Part shown: positions 13,962-25,762 of the stretch, piece by piece | Position numbering within the stretch: position 1 is the stretch's first letter | Layout: the number at the start of each line of letters is the position of its first letter | Assembly: GCA_951406725.2 (NCBI GenBank) | Contig: OX597825.1 | Location: 74,028,001 to 74,092,000 of the forward strand | Origin: Octopus vulgaris | Taxonomy: Eukaryota | Length of the DNA stretch: 64,000 bases | Direction of reading: 5' to 3' | The notes under the pieces: model-generated | Seen by the model: the letters and a program-made list of their open reading frames with translations, nothing else | What the model was told of the DNA's origin: nothing | Databases searched by the model: none | Position numbers and translations under genes: made by a program

Positions 13962-14294
13962 TCAGATTAATTGAGCTCAACTTCTATTTTCACATTTACT
14001 TAGAGAACAAAGGTTTCTACTGAACCATCATATCACATAGAACTATACGGGTTTTATTTTCAGTGGGCGGCTGAGCAGAGCTCAATTACAGATTATTTTC
14101 ATTTTTACTCAAACAATAGGTTTCTGACTTACCACACACAACATCATGCGTGTTGTTTTAAAGCGATCTGGTGAATTGAGCTCAAATCTAGAATATTTTG
14201 ATTTGATTCAGGCAACGTGCTTTTCCCTAAACCATCCTACTACACATAACCACATGTTGACCTTTCAGCGGTCAGATGAACTAAACTCAATTAA

Positions 14295-14845
14295 TCTTTT
14301 ACTCTTTTACTCTCTCTTTTACTCTTTTACTTGTTTCAGTCATTTGACTGCGGCCATGCTGGAGCACCGTCATTAGTCGAGAAAATCGACCCCAGGACTT
14401 ATTCTTTGTAAGCCTAGTACTTACTCTATTGGTCTCTTTTGCCGAACCGCTAAGAGATATTTTGTTCAGTGGAGCGATAAATAAAAGCTCACTAAAGTGA
14501 AAAGATTACAAATTGAGGGGATTTCAGTAATGTTTCTTTTTGATAAAGTAGCACTGATGACATTTACGGGGGACGTAAACACTCCAGCATCGGTTGTCAA
14601 GCGATGTTGGGGGCGGGTAAATGCAGACACACAAACACACATACACACATATATATATATATATATATATACATATATACGACGGGCTTCTTTCAGCTTC
14701 CGCCTACCAAATCCACTCACAAGGCTTTAGTCGGCTCGAGGCTATAGTAGAGGACACTTGCCCAAGGTGCCACGCAGTTGGACTGAACCCAGACCCATGT
14801 GGTTGGTAAGCAAGCTTCTTACCACACAGCCGCTCCTGCGCCTAG
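14295..14845 (-). mobile_element. SINE family B with a 114-bp foreign insert
   Basis: Family B match broken at CCGCTAAG/TTACGGGG by 14453-14566. Confidence 0.88.
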
Positions 14846-15803
14846 CTACGTACCACACAGCCACTCATTATTTTCATTTTATTGAAACCACAAGTTTTCC
14901 ATTTATTCGTTTAAAATGAGCAGGGGAATTGGACTCAAGTCCTGAATGTTTTGGCTTGACTCAGACAAGAAGCTTTTCACTAAACGACTCTCCACACCTA
15001 CTGTTATACATGGAATGATCGGATAAATCAGGCAAAATTCGAGAACGCCTCCTTTATTTTTGATCGGACAACAAATTTCTACTAAACCAGCACACACTCA
15101 GCCATGCACGTAGCAATGAAGTAAATAGAAGTTAGCTTATCTCCAGAACACTTGCACTTAAAACTCAGACTGCAGGTTGGCCACAAAGCTATTACACAGA
15201 TATACGTACGCATTGTTTTACAGCGGTTATGTGAATTGAGTTCAACTTCAAAAATATTTTCACTTTTAATTAGTCAATAGCCATACCACAAAACAATCAT
15301 ACACACATACACACACTATCTCTCTCTCCCTCCCTCTTTCTCTTCCTCGTTCTCGCCCTCTCCTCTCTCTCTGTCTCTCACATATAAACAAAGGCAATCA
15401 TATTTCCTGTGGTCAGGTAAATATCACTTAACTTCAATAGTTTAACTTTTTAGACAACAACATTTTCACTAAAACCATCACGCACAAAACCATACGTGAT
15501 GTTTCACAGTGTTCAGCTAATAAAAAGTAAGAATAAATGTCATCAGTGCTACTTTAACAAAAAGAAACATTACTGAAATCCCCTCAATTTGTAATCTTTT
15601 CACTTTAGTGAGCTTTTATTTATCGCTTCATTGAACACAATATCTCTTCTCGAATGTAGACTATTTTTCACAATAGACTGACACAGAGACTACCAGGCGG
15701 AGTATGGATCTTTTCCTCGTTGCTACTCTTCATCTTTTCTTTCCTTCTTTTATATAATTTATTTCATCGTTCATTTCATCTTACATTTTAGCTTCGTGTC
15801 TTT

Positions 15804-15839
<36 letters not shown>

Positions 15840-15959
15840 TTCTTTCTTTCTTTCTTTCTTACTTTCTTTCTTTCTTTCTTTCTTTCTTTTCTATTTCTGT
15901 CTGTCTGTTTCTCTCTCTCTCTTTCATTCAGACGTTTAATACTTCTTTCTTTCTTTCAT

Positions 15960-16260
15960 TCGTTTCATCGTTTAGTCTTTGATTGGAGAATCTGTTTTCC
16001 CGTTTCTTACGGACAAGATGCTTTCTATTGATCAATCACGATGCAGCAGTTGCCCGTTCCCTCTCGCAGGTGGACCCGGCATGTCGTGGTTCTTGATGCA
16101 CCACGTACAGAACTTCCTGCACTGCGAACTGGTGTAATGCCACGCTTTTCGGAGGTTCGTCACTTTGCCGTGGCTACAAGATTGGTCTCCTGGGATTTGG
16201 AATGTATGTTAGGCACTCGCCAACCTCTGTAAGACGGGTAACGTGGTCGGCAGAACATTT
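15960..16260 (-). pseudogene. Possible very decayed RTE LINE 3' fragment
   Basis: GC-richer island; minus strand gives QETNLVATAK*R..., loosely like the RTE QEPLLATVKRRKL motif. Confidence 0.3.
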
Positions 16261-16601
16261 TCAGCCTCTTCAAAATTCATTGAATGAACAAAACTTCAGC
16301 GCTGAAGAGGATTTTCTTTATTCTTTTATTCTTTTACTTGTTTCAGTCAATCGACTGCGGCTGTACTGGAGCAAATTAGACTAGGAAGAGGTCTTCGCCA
16401 ATAAAAATGGGGGAAATTCTTTGAGCAGGGAATAACGGATCTGCCCACAACATAGCAGAAGATACTGAAACTAAACGAAAGCTATAAAAAATGTGAGGAA
16501 GCTCATTGTGGCCAGCGTTGTATAACAACATCTAATAGTCTTATCGATACCGTAATATATATGTATGTATGTTTATGTATATATGTATGTATGTATGTAT
16601 G

Positions 16602-16643
<42 letters not shown>

Positions 16644-16659
16644 CGTGCGTGTGTGTGTA

Positions 16660-16958
16660 GAGGCATATGGCCTAGTGGTTAGAGCATCGGATTCGAGGTC
16701 GAGGGATCGCGGGTTCGAATCTCAGACCGCGCGATGTGTGTGTTTATGAGCGAAACACCTAAGCTCCACGCAGCTCAGGCAGAAGGTAATGGCGAACTTC
16801 TGCTGACTCTTTCGCCACAAATTTCTCTCACTCTTTCCTCCTGCATCATGCAACGCACCTGCGACGGACCGGCGTCCAATTCAGGTGGAGAACCTGTACG
16901 CCAGGGAAACCGGGAACCCGGCCCTTATGAGCCAGACATGGCTCAAGTAGGAACAAAC
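16660..16958 (+). mobile_element. tRNA(Arg)-like SINE family C
   Basis: Head TGGCCTAGTGGTTAGAGCATCGGATTCG...GGGTTCGAATCTC, then GAGCGAAACACCTAAGCTCCAC shared with the 22258 and 39780 copies. Confidence 0.85.
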
Positions 16959-17027
16959 ATATATATATATATATATAATTCACTGGTACGTCAGTTCGAT
17001 ACCATATAAATATTGCTATAATTCAAT

Positions 17028-17457
17028 TATAAAGATAAATTAAATATAAAGATATTCTATTGACAATACAATAATTTATTTTTATTACAACATTACATTA
17101 AGTACTATGAATATAACATAGCATAACATAATATTATATAACATAAAAATTAATTATAAAAACCATAAACGGCCAACAAATTGTTTCGACTTTTATATCT
17201 TTTTTTCTGATATACATAATCACACATCCATTATATATAAAGGTACTGTGATTATGTATATCAGAAACAAAATATATATATAAGTTGAAACAATTTGTTG
17301 GCATTTTATGGTTTATTATAATTAATTATTTATCTTATATAATATTGTTATGTTAAATTATATTCATAGTATTTAATGTAATATTGTAATAAAAATAAAT
17401 TACTGGATTGTCAATAAAATATCTAAATATTTAATTTATATTTAATTTATCTTTATA
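17028..17457. repeat. ~430-bp imperfect fold-back palindrome
   Basis: TATAAAGATAAATTAAATATAAA pairs with TTTATATTTAATTTATCTTTATA; CTGATATACATAATCACA pairs with TGTGATTATGTATATCAG; centre ~17235. Confidence 0.9.
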
Positions 17458-17459
17458 TA

Positions 17460-17559
17460 NNNNNNNNNNNNNNNNNNNNNNNNNNNNNNNNNNNNNNNNN
17501 NNNNNNNNNNNNNNNNNNNNNNNNNNNNNNNNNNNNNNNNNNNNNNNNNNNNNNNNNNN
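17460..17559. other. Assembly gap
   Basis: 100 N bases. Confidence 1.
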
Positions 17560-17711
17560 CAAATCCATGGCCGAGATACTGCAGAAACAATACTGCTCTG
17601 TTTTCAGCAATCCTGATATGGCCGATCTGGGCGGTATCAGTGATGTTAACCCCCAACACACTATATCGGACATAACGTTTGGTGCCCCTGATGTCTTAGC
17701 GTCGATAAACG

Positions 17712-17746
<35 letters not shown>

Positions 17747-17950
17747 GAGGGTGGTGAGATCTCGAATAACCCAATTTCTGGAAAGCAACAGACGGGTGAT
17801 CTCTAACCAACATGAGTTCCGTAATGGAAAGGACTGCCTAACGCAGCTCCTGCATCACTTTGATGACATTTTGAGAGCTTTGGGAGGGGGCTCCAACACC
17901 GATGTCATCTACCTTGATTTCAGCAAGACAGGGTTGATCATCAAGATCCT
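17560..17950 (+). pseudogene. CR1/Jockey-group LINE reverse transcriptase fragment
   Basis: MAEILQKQYCSVFSNP followed by ...NQHEFRNGKDCLTQLLHHFD...TDVIYLDFSK (QHGFR/SCLTQL/YLDF.K RT motifs); deleted and split by (TA)n. Confidence 0.85.
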
Positions 17951-17972
17951 GTGTGTAATTGTGGACAACAAC

Positions 17973-18015
<43 letters not shown>

Positions 18016-18179
18016 TCCATATAAATATATATATATACATACATACACACATATGGAACTTTTTACACACACACATTCACACATGTACATATATATATAT
18101 GTATATATACGTAAATACATGTACATATATGTTTATGCATGTATACATGTGTATGCATATTTATGTGTGTGTGTAGCCA

Positions 18180-18444
<265 letters not shown>

Positions 18445-18720
18445 CTATATAGATGTATATATACAAGTATATATATAGATGTATATATACATGTATATAT
18501 ATAGATGTATATATACATATATATTAGATGTATATATGTGTATATATATATAACCTAATGGAACAGAAACACCGTCGTACCTCTGTCTGTCTCTCCATCA
18601 TGTATATATATATATATATATAACGGGAAGCTTTATGAAAATAAACAAAAGACGAAGGCAGGTGGAAAACAAACGAACAATTGTATTAGTATGGCGCTCA
18701 GGAAATATAAATAAAACAAG

Positions 18721-18758
18721 TCTTTAACGTTTCGAGCCTACGCTCTTCAACAGAAAGA
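18721..18758 (-). ncRNA. Minimal type I hammerhead ribozyme (variant core)
   Basis: UCUUU-CUGUUGA-A-GAGC(GUAG)GCUC-GAAA-CGUU-AAAGA: stem I UCUUU/AAAGA, 4-bp stem II, loopless palindromic stem III (ACGU). Confidence 0.7.
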
Positions 18759-19574
18759 TACACAGAGAGAGAAAAACACAGAAAGAAGGAGAGAAAAAAA
18801 ATGCGTGCAGTAGCTAACGAATCAACATGGCGATCTGATTTCGGCCAGAGGTCAAAGATCAAACATGAGACGCGAGAGCGAAATAAGGGGAGATAATAGG
18901 GTTGATAAATGGGTTGAGGGACCAGCTAAAAGTGCGTGGGAGGGGTCTGGATGTGTGTATGTATAGGGTTGGTGTATGTATTAGTATGTATAAGGGTGTG
19001 TGTGTGTGTGTGTGTGTGTATGAGAGAGTATTAGTGCGTAAGATTGGTCTGGACGTGCGTATGTATGGGGTTGGTGTATGTATTAGTATGTATTAGTATG
19101 TATTACTACGTATTGGTATGTATAGGTGTGTGTGTGTGTGTGTGAGAGAGTATAAGTGCGTATGCGGGGTCTGGACGTGTGTATGTATAGGGTTGGTGTA
19201 AGTATTAGTATGTACTAGTATGTATTAGTACGTATTAGTATGTATTAGTTGGTGTGTGTATTAGTATGGCACATCATATGTGATGTGATGTGTAAAGTCA
19301 TGTGGTGTAGTGAGGAGAAGAGGGGAGGGGGAGAAGAGGGGGAAAGAAGGGGGGGGAAGAAGAGTGGGAGGAGAAGGGGGGAGAGGAGAGGATGGGGGAG
19401 AAGGAAGGGGATGAGGAGGATGAAGGAGGAAAGAGGGAGAGGGGGAGAGAGAAGGGGAGAGAGGGAGTGAGGGAGCAGAGGGAAGGGGAAGAGGGAGGGA
19501 GAAAGAGGGAAGAAGGGAAGGGGAGTAGGGGTGAAAGGATGAAGGACTGAAGAAGTAGGGGTCGGGGGAGAGGG

Positions 19575-19978
19575 GGGTTAGATGAGGAGGGGGGAGAGTT
19601 GAGACCAAATGGCGTATAAGAGCGAAGAGAGAAGATTAATTCCTGTTCACGGCGCAAACGGGAATCCGGATGGCCTCTGTGTAAGGACAAACCGAACACA
19701 GATAGGTGTTGCAAGGAGTGACCGGTGGAGCGGAAATGGCGTGAGACCGGTGTGTCGTTCGCAAGGTGGATGTCACGAAGGTGTTCCGCGAACCGGTCAG
19801 CCAAGCGGCGTCCCGTTTGTCCGATGTACAAGGAATTGCAGAGAGAGCAAGAGATGCAATAGATAATATTGCTGGAGGTGCAGGTGAAGGAGTGGATGAT
19901 GGGATAGGGTCGATGGTGGGTGCTAGTGAGGCGGGTGGTGTTGGAGAGGTAAGGGCAAGTGCGGCAACGTGGGCGGGA
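19575..19978 (-). pseudogene. GIY-YIG endonuclease domain of the Penelope-like element
   Basis: RCRTCPY...FTCTSSNIIYCISCSLCNSLYIGQTGRRLADRFAEH...PVSRHF...GHS...RLRREQELIFSL...PFGLN. The IIY/YIG motifs, catalytic R and E, CCHH residues and terminal GLN are typical of PLE endonucleases. Confidence 0.92.
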
Positions 19979-20469
19979 TATATATATATGTATATGTATG
20001 TATATATATATATGTGTGTGTGTGAGGGGGTGACTGTGCATATGTACATCTGCATAGTTGTATATATGTATTATGTATAACCCTAATAGAGGTAAAATGC
20101 TGCCTCTCTCTAGCAATGTATATATATATATCTATCTATACTTACTCTTACGTATACATATATAGAGATTTTTAGGAGATTCATGTCTCTATAAACACCT
20201 GTACTATATCTACATCCAATCTATAACACTTTCTTCAACACCCCGATTTATCGATCTGCAGCTTCTCCGATGTATCAATCTCCTGTTAACACACCAAGGC
20301 ATTAATCAATGGTCAGACAACTGTCTTAGTGTTTGTTAGTCACGTGATCAACTATTGAAAATGTTTCATTTCGTTCTGTTATCTTGTTTTGTACTTCACA
20401 AGAGATAAATTGTTTGGAAGACGGCGTAACATGTCATTTCTCTCTTAATTTGGGTCCGTAATCAAACCA

Positions 20470-20745
20470 GCACCGGCTATCAAGTGGTCGTGGGCACAAA
20501 CATAGACACAATACACATATCAACTATCTGTCTCTCTGTTGTCTGTTTGGTCTGTATAATATATATATAAATACATATATACGACGGGCTGCTTTCAGTT
20601 TCCGTCTACCAAATCCGCTTACAAGGCTTTGGTCGGCCCGAGGCTATAGTAGAAGACACTTGCCTAAGGTGCCATGCAGTGGGACTGAACCCGGAACCAT
20701 GTAGTTGGTAAGCAAGCAACTTACCACACAGCCACTCCTACGCCT
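20470..20745 (-). mobile_element. SINE family B variant
   Basis: Family B head and central region match. Confidence 0.85.
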
Positions 20746-21374
20746 AAACTGAGAAAAAAAAAGCAAGAAAATTACGTTATGGATTGTGTTGATCAAGTCT
20801 GGTAATACTAAATCTACATCGTCAATTTTGGTCGGTCAACGTAAGAGAAAGAATACTAGGGGCGTATGGAGTACCCATCTTTTTACATGATTAAATGACT
20901 TGGAACATGGAAAAATCAAGTGCAAAGGCTTAACAAGTGTTGCAGTATTCTGGTTTAGTAAAATGATGAAGGTTACCTCTGGTGACGGGATGATATCAAA
21001 GATCTCAAGCGAGCAACGACCACTAGAGCGCTTCTCAACAACATATGGAGAGGACATGCTCAATTCACAAGAAAAGGCCTTGGGCGTTTGGTAACATCCG
21101 GTTAAACGAAAGTAAGAAGCCGAAGATACAGAAAGAGAAGATACAACATGGTTTTATTATTTAGCTTCAGAAAGACCTGTACAATAACGTGCTAACTTAT
21201 GTGGTAGGGGACAGAAGGGCATGAAGATCGTTGACTGCCGATGCCTATGGGTACAGTATGTGAAGAGAGAGACAGTGAGAGAGACAGGCAAAGAAAGAGA
21301 GAAGGAGAAGAGAGGCAAAGAAAGGGAGAGGGAGAGAGAGAGAAAAAGAAAGAGAACTTGCTAAAATATGTATT

Positions 21375-21585
21375 ACCCTTTCTAGAAGAGGCACAAAGCC
21401 TGAAATTTGATGTGGAAGGGACTAGTCTATTGCATCGACCTCTAATTAACTAATTCTCATTTCATCGAACCCTGAAAGGATGAAAAGCAAAGTTGACTTC
21501 AGTGGGATTTGAACTCAGAATGTAAAGCCCGAAGAAATGCCGCTAAGTATTTGTTCAATTCGCTAACGATTCAACCAGCTCGCCA
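21375..21585 (-). mobile_element. Decayed family-A-related SINE
   Basis: GAAAGGATGAAAAGCAAAGTTGAC...TTTGAACTCAGAA...GCTAACGATTC..CCAGCTCGCC. Confidence 0.75.
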
Positions 21586-22257
21586 CAATAATATGTGTAA
21601 CATCAATGACACACTCTTACAACTCGTAAAATGTCAGACTTTCTTATTGATGTTATGCAGGTTGACGTTGTTGCTTCTATTGCTAATCCTCAGATCAGCC
21701 ATGTTCAAGAAGACTTATAATCAAAGACATTCCAGCCGTAACCTTCTCATCGTTCATTTAATATATTTTGCTTCTAGGATTATATTATCCATCATAATGT
21801 TCTTTCCCTTGTTTTAAGATGGCCGTCTATGATTTATGAGGATATGGGCTTTTATTTCTAGCAATGACACGGACGGCTGATTAGACGTTTCCTCATTGGC
21901 ACTTTTGATGCCTATTTAAAACTTGTGTGCGTATATGTTTATGTTGGTGTATGAATCCATAGAGATAGTGTGTATTACAACACAGGAACATACAGAGACT
22001 CTGTTACAACACAGGAACATACAGAGACTATGTTTGAGCAGGTAAAAACTACAAAGAATGTGTGTTATAGCAGAGAAAACCACAGAGATTGTGAATGCTC
22101 GAGCAGATAAAACTATTCTGTGTTATTGAGACTGAGATTGTTTATACGTCTTTTACTGGTTTCGGTGATCACTCAGAAAGTTACATCGTAATACGGATTA
22201 TTGGGAAATCACTTTAGTTTGCTTGCAATATTTTGTTTAAATATTCTCGCACATGAT

Positions 22258-22643
22258 TGGGAAGCACTCCGTCGGTTACGACGACGAGGGTTCCGGTTGA
22301 TCCGAATCAACGGAACAGCCTGCTCGTGAAATTAACGTGTAAGTGGCTGAGCACTCCACAGACACGTGTACCCTTAACGTAGTTCTCGGGGATATTCAGC
22401 GTGACACAGAGAGTGACAAGGCCGGCTCTTTGAAATACAGGTACAACAGAAACAGGAAGTAAGAGTGAGAGAAAGTTGTGGTGAAAGAGTACAGCAGGGA
22501 TCACCACCATTCCCTGCCAGAACCTCGGGGAGCTTTAGGTGTTTTTGCTCAATAAACACTCACAACGCCCGGTCTGGGAATCGAAACCGCGATCCTATGA
22601 CTGCGAGTCCGCTGCCCTAACCACTGGGCCATTGCGCCTCCAC
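22258..22643 (-). mobile_element. SINE family C, full length
   Basis: Head GGAGGCGCAATGGCCCAGTGGTTAGGGCAGCGGACTCG...GGTTTCGATTCCC; tail CTCGTCGTCGTAACCGACGGAGTGC. Confidence 0.9.
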
Positions 22644-22739
22644 CTCGCACATGATAACAGAGAACTTACACAACAGGCAGAGTGTCAAACTAAATGTAAT
22701 ACGGTGTGTAGTTACGTCCCTTTAAGTTCTGTGTTGAGA

Positions 22740-23140
22740 TTTGTCTTCCTCGTATTTGCGTGTTTCAGTCGTTAGGACGGCGACCATGATGGGTAACGGC
22801 TTTGAAAGGTTTTTGTTGAATAGATGAACCGCCGTATTTACTTCTCTTAAGTTTAATAGTTGCCAAGCCACTAAATTACAAGGGCGTAAGTAAACTAACA
22901 CCGGACAAACACAGATACAAACACACACACACAAACGTACACTGGCAAATCATACACATACGCCCATATATGCGACGGGCATCCACGCCGTTTCTGTCTA
23001 CTAAATTATCTCACAAAGGCATTGATTGTCCCAGCACTAAAGCAGAACACACATGCTCAAGGTGCTACGCAGTGGGTCTGAACCTGAAACCACGTAGTAG
23101 CAAAGTGAGCGTCTTAACCACATGACCATGCTTGCGACTA
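22740..23140 (-). mobile_element. Old decayed SINE family B
   Basis: Degenerate head (GCTCAAGGTGCTACGCAGTGGGTCTGAACC) and tail. Confidence 0.65.
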
Positions 23141-23619
23141 CACAGAATATCTAAAAAATTTTATACTGTATGAAGGAAGAGCAGTGTATTTGACAAATAC
23201 CCTGTTGGATGTCGGGCAAATGTTCAAAGTATTCTAATGTCCCAGCTTTATAATTACATCGATAGAATGAACCGAATTATATTCCTGTAGAAATTGGCCG
23301 AGTTTCAAAGTTTAACGAATTACCATTCAAAAGAACTGTTCGGGTTAGTTTGTCACTAAAATGTTCAATTGATTTGGTTACATAAAAGAATTTCGTCAAA
23401 CGAAGAACCGTTATTTCTTTTTATACGAATTACAAGACATAACCGACACAAAATATTTGCGACACGATAAAATACGGTTGCTAAGGGATACCAAAATTAA
23501 TCCCCTACACCAAAACAAATAAACAAACAAGAGGAGGTGATTATATATCCGTATATATAGCATAGCATGTTGCACACACACACACAATATGTGCGTGTGT
23601 GTGTGTATATGTATGTGTG

Positions 23620-23669
<50 letters not shown>

Positions 23670-23670
<1 letters not shown>

Positions 23671-23968
23671 GCGAGACAGATGAGTGACAACCTGGCCACT
23701 GGTGGTGGTGTAACACACCATACTAATCATATCTGTCAGGCATGTGGAAGAGAGTGTAATTCGGCAGGAGGACTTAAACGATATGCAAAGGTACATGAAG
23801 CCCAGTTACAACTACATCCGGCTATTACCAGTAAAGGTTTTAGTTGCCAATTCTGTACAATACATTGTAGATCTTTAGCTGGGCTAAAAAGTCACATTCG
23901 ATCACAGCACCAGTAACAGTTAAGCTTCGTGCAAAGGCCATACTCGATAACGAGGGGACAGCCATCAT
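23670..23968 (+). pseudogene. RTE-like LINE 3' end with C2H2-like fingers
   Basis: HICQACGRECNSAGGLKRYAKVH and FSCQFCTIHCRSLAGLKSHIRSQH*, a short 3' UTR, and a (TATG)n tail within a (TATG)n tract. Confidence 0.7.
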
Positions 23969-24226
23969 GTATGTATGTATATGGCATTAAACTGTATCCG
24001 ATTTTGAGACTTCAGTTCGAGAGTTCTGGAACTGTAGGAGCATAAGTGCCCCCTTAATTATCATTACTTCGAAGTAATTTCTGACCCTGAAAGTTACTAC
24101 CAGTCAGGGTCCCTTCTACAGTTTAAATAAACTTCCTAGGAGTAGAGGAAGCTCCAGCGGGGAAGGCAGCTGTTCTAGGAGAAAGATACCCCAAAATAAA
24201 AATTGCAGTCAAAATAGTATCAGTGA

Positions 24227-24686
24227 ATTTCTTTATTCACCATAAGGTTGAGAAAAAGAGGGGACGATACGTGGACAGACAAAACAAACATTGGGTCAGG
24301 GTATCGAATGAGATGAAACGTATGAATAAACAAACAATTAAAATATATACAATTAAATGAGAATGAGTGATTAACAAAAAATGAAGCGGAGGACGCGGTT
24401 GACCCCACAAACCACAGACTCACACTGAAGACTTTGCATTCTCCTTTTTTACATTCTCGATTAAACAGGTTCTTTTCACTCGCAACATACTTGCTATAGA
24501 CTTCCATCTTTTACGAAACACACTTTGCGACAGGCATTTCTTCTCCAGCCTTATTTTCTGTTTCATGTAGAAAACGAAAAAGTCGATTAGCTCGTGACTG
24601 GAGATAAACATGCCTGTTGCAATTCCTTTCACTCTCGTCTTCCATACTACCTCTTTCGCCACAGCAACTACCGAGAGAAAACAGGC
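24227..24686 (-). pseudogene. Tx1/L1-like LINE 3' end (ORF2 C-terminus and 3' UTR)
   Basis: AKEVVWKTRVKG...LIDFFVFYMKQKIRLEKKCLSQSVFRKRW fits the AK..IW..R...F...W C-terminus of Tx1/L1 ORF2; the UTR ends AATAAAGAAAT. Confidence 0.65.
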
Positions 24687-24707
24687 TCTATATATACATG
24701 TATATAT

Positions 24708-25240
24708 GGGTAGAGGATATCAAAAAAAACGTTGAACACAATGAGAAACGAAAATATAAAAACAAAAACACAGAAAGAAACTTTTTTTTCGAACTACGAA
24801 AAAAACAAACAGAGAAACGAGACATACAACATAAAGAATATTCCCCTTCTTCAGTTGTCCCTGTTTCATCTACTGCATGTTTCAAAGGCAAGAACAAGAC
24901 ACGACTTCGTTGAAACAATCCTTCCCGCAAAGCAAATTAAATTTACAGAGAGTGAAAGTGGTTACAAGAACAGGACAGGGAGAACAAAACAGTAAAAACA
25001 AACGGTGAGGGCTAAGCCGAGACGATAGAAAAAATATTTTGAACGCGAGGACGATGAGCTTATGAAGGAAACAGTATAAGCACGTGCTTTCTTTTCGAAG
25101 GTTGTGAGCAGAAAGACAGATTATGTTTCGTCACGTGTCAGCAACGAGAGAGTCGAGGAAGAGGAGGAGTGAGAGAGAAGAAACGGTGAAGATGAGGGGA
25201 GAAGAATAGGGAAGGGTGAGGAGATAGATATAGGGATATA
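24708..25240 (-). mobile_element. Probable PLE-type 3' module between (TA)n tracts
   Basis: Same layout as the other modules (pyrimidine-rich minus strand, TA flanks); contains GAAAC and CTGAAGA words but no clean fold. Confidence 0.45.
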
Positions 25241-25762
25241 TATATAGATATATATATATATATATATATAAAGGAGAAAAGGAAATGCTGAATATAAAGA
25301 GCCACGCTTCATACTAATACCTAGTATTGAGAGAACATTATACTTTTTGATATATTAAATTAACAACCGAAAATCTAACAAGAATTTCGTATAAAAGAAT
25401 TAGTGAATATTAATGAAGATTAGCTAAATGAAAAATATATCGTTCTTTAACATGATATCGCCATTGATTTTGGTCGCAAATCGTGAACGAAGAGGAAATA
25501 TAAAATGTATTATTTATAAAGATAGGAATCATTCTTACGGAAAGACGTATTGATTAATGGAGCAGAGGCGGGAAAGTGATAAAAATAGAAATTAAAAATT
25601 TCTTAGTTAAAATGAGGTTTTAAATTATCTTATTTATTTGTGCGGTTTTTGTTTTCATTCTTCCTCACCCCTCTGAAAATATAATTCCTGTCACGAATTT
25701 CTTTACGAAAATAATTAATTCAATCTTCCAATTTGTCTTCCGTTTTTTTTTCCACATTCTAA

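Larger units (their letters stand above)
12480..15520. repeat. Highly degenerate ~100-bp tandem array interrupted by transposons
   Basis: Recurring approximate unit CAGCGGTCAGGTGAATTGAGCTCAACTTCAGAATATTTT...TCAGACAACAAGTTTTCCACTAAACCATCACACA, seen at ~12620, 12810, 12920, 13615, 13715, 13960, 14165, 14265, 15220 and 15410. Confidence 0.7.
18622..19978 (-). mobile_element. 5'-truncated Penelope-like retroelement (Neptune-like) in (TA)n
   Basis: GIY-YIG coding remnant, then a pyrimidine-rich, repeat-rich 3' region and a hammerhead-like motif; both ends abut (TA)n. Confidence 0.9.

Noticed and set aside
16660-16735. tRNA gene (also at the heads at ~22570-22643 and ~40010-40082)
   Set aside because: The tRNA-like head runs into a SINE body and lacks a proper acceptor stem.
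20780-21110. Possible LINE remnant (also 32100-32340)
   Set aside because: Too decayed to recover a diagnostic motif by eye.
21960-22120. Short direct repeats ACAACACAGGAACATACAGAGACT resembling a CRISPR array
   Set aside because: No unique spacers of regular length, no cas genes, eukaryotic context; a small minisatellite.
23292-23344. Possible 53-nt plus-strand exon (TTCCTGTAG...CGG/GTTAGT)
   Set aside because: Splice-like ends alone, with no recognisable peptide or partner exon; expected by chance.
23680-23916. C2H2 zinc-finger ORF as a member of the octopus zinc-finger gene expansion
   Set aside because: No TGEKPY linkers, only two fingers, embedded in (TATG)n with a LINE-like tail; fits an RTE ORF C-terminus better.
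24835-24920. Hammerhead in the 24708-25240 module (GAAACAUGCAGUA and CUGAAGA words)
   Set aside because: No arrangement gave convincing stems I and II in this copy; a family consensus is needed.
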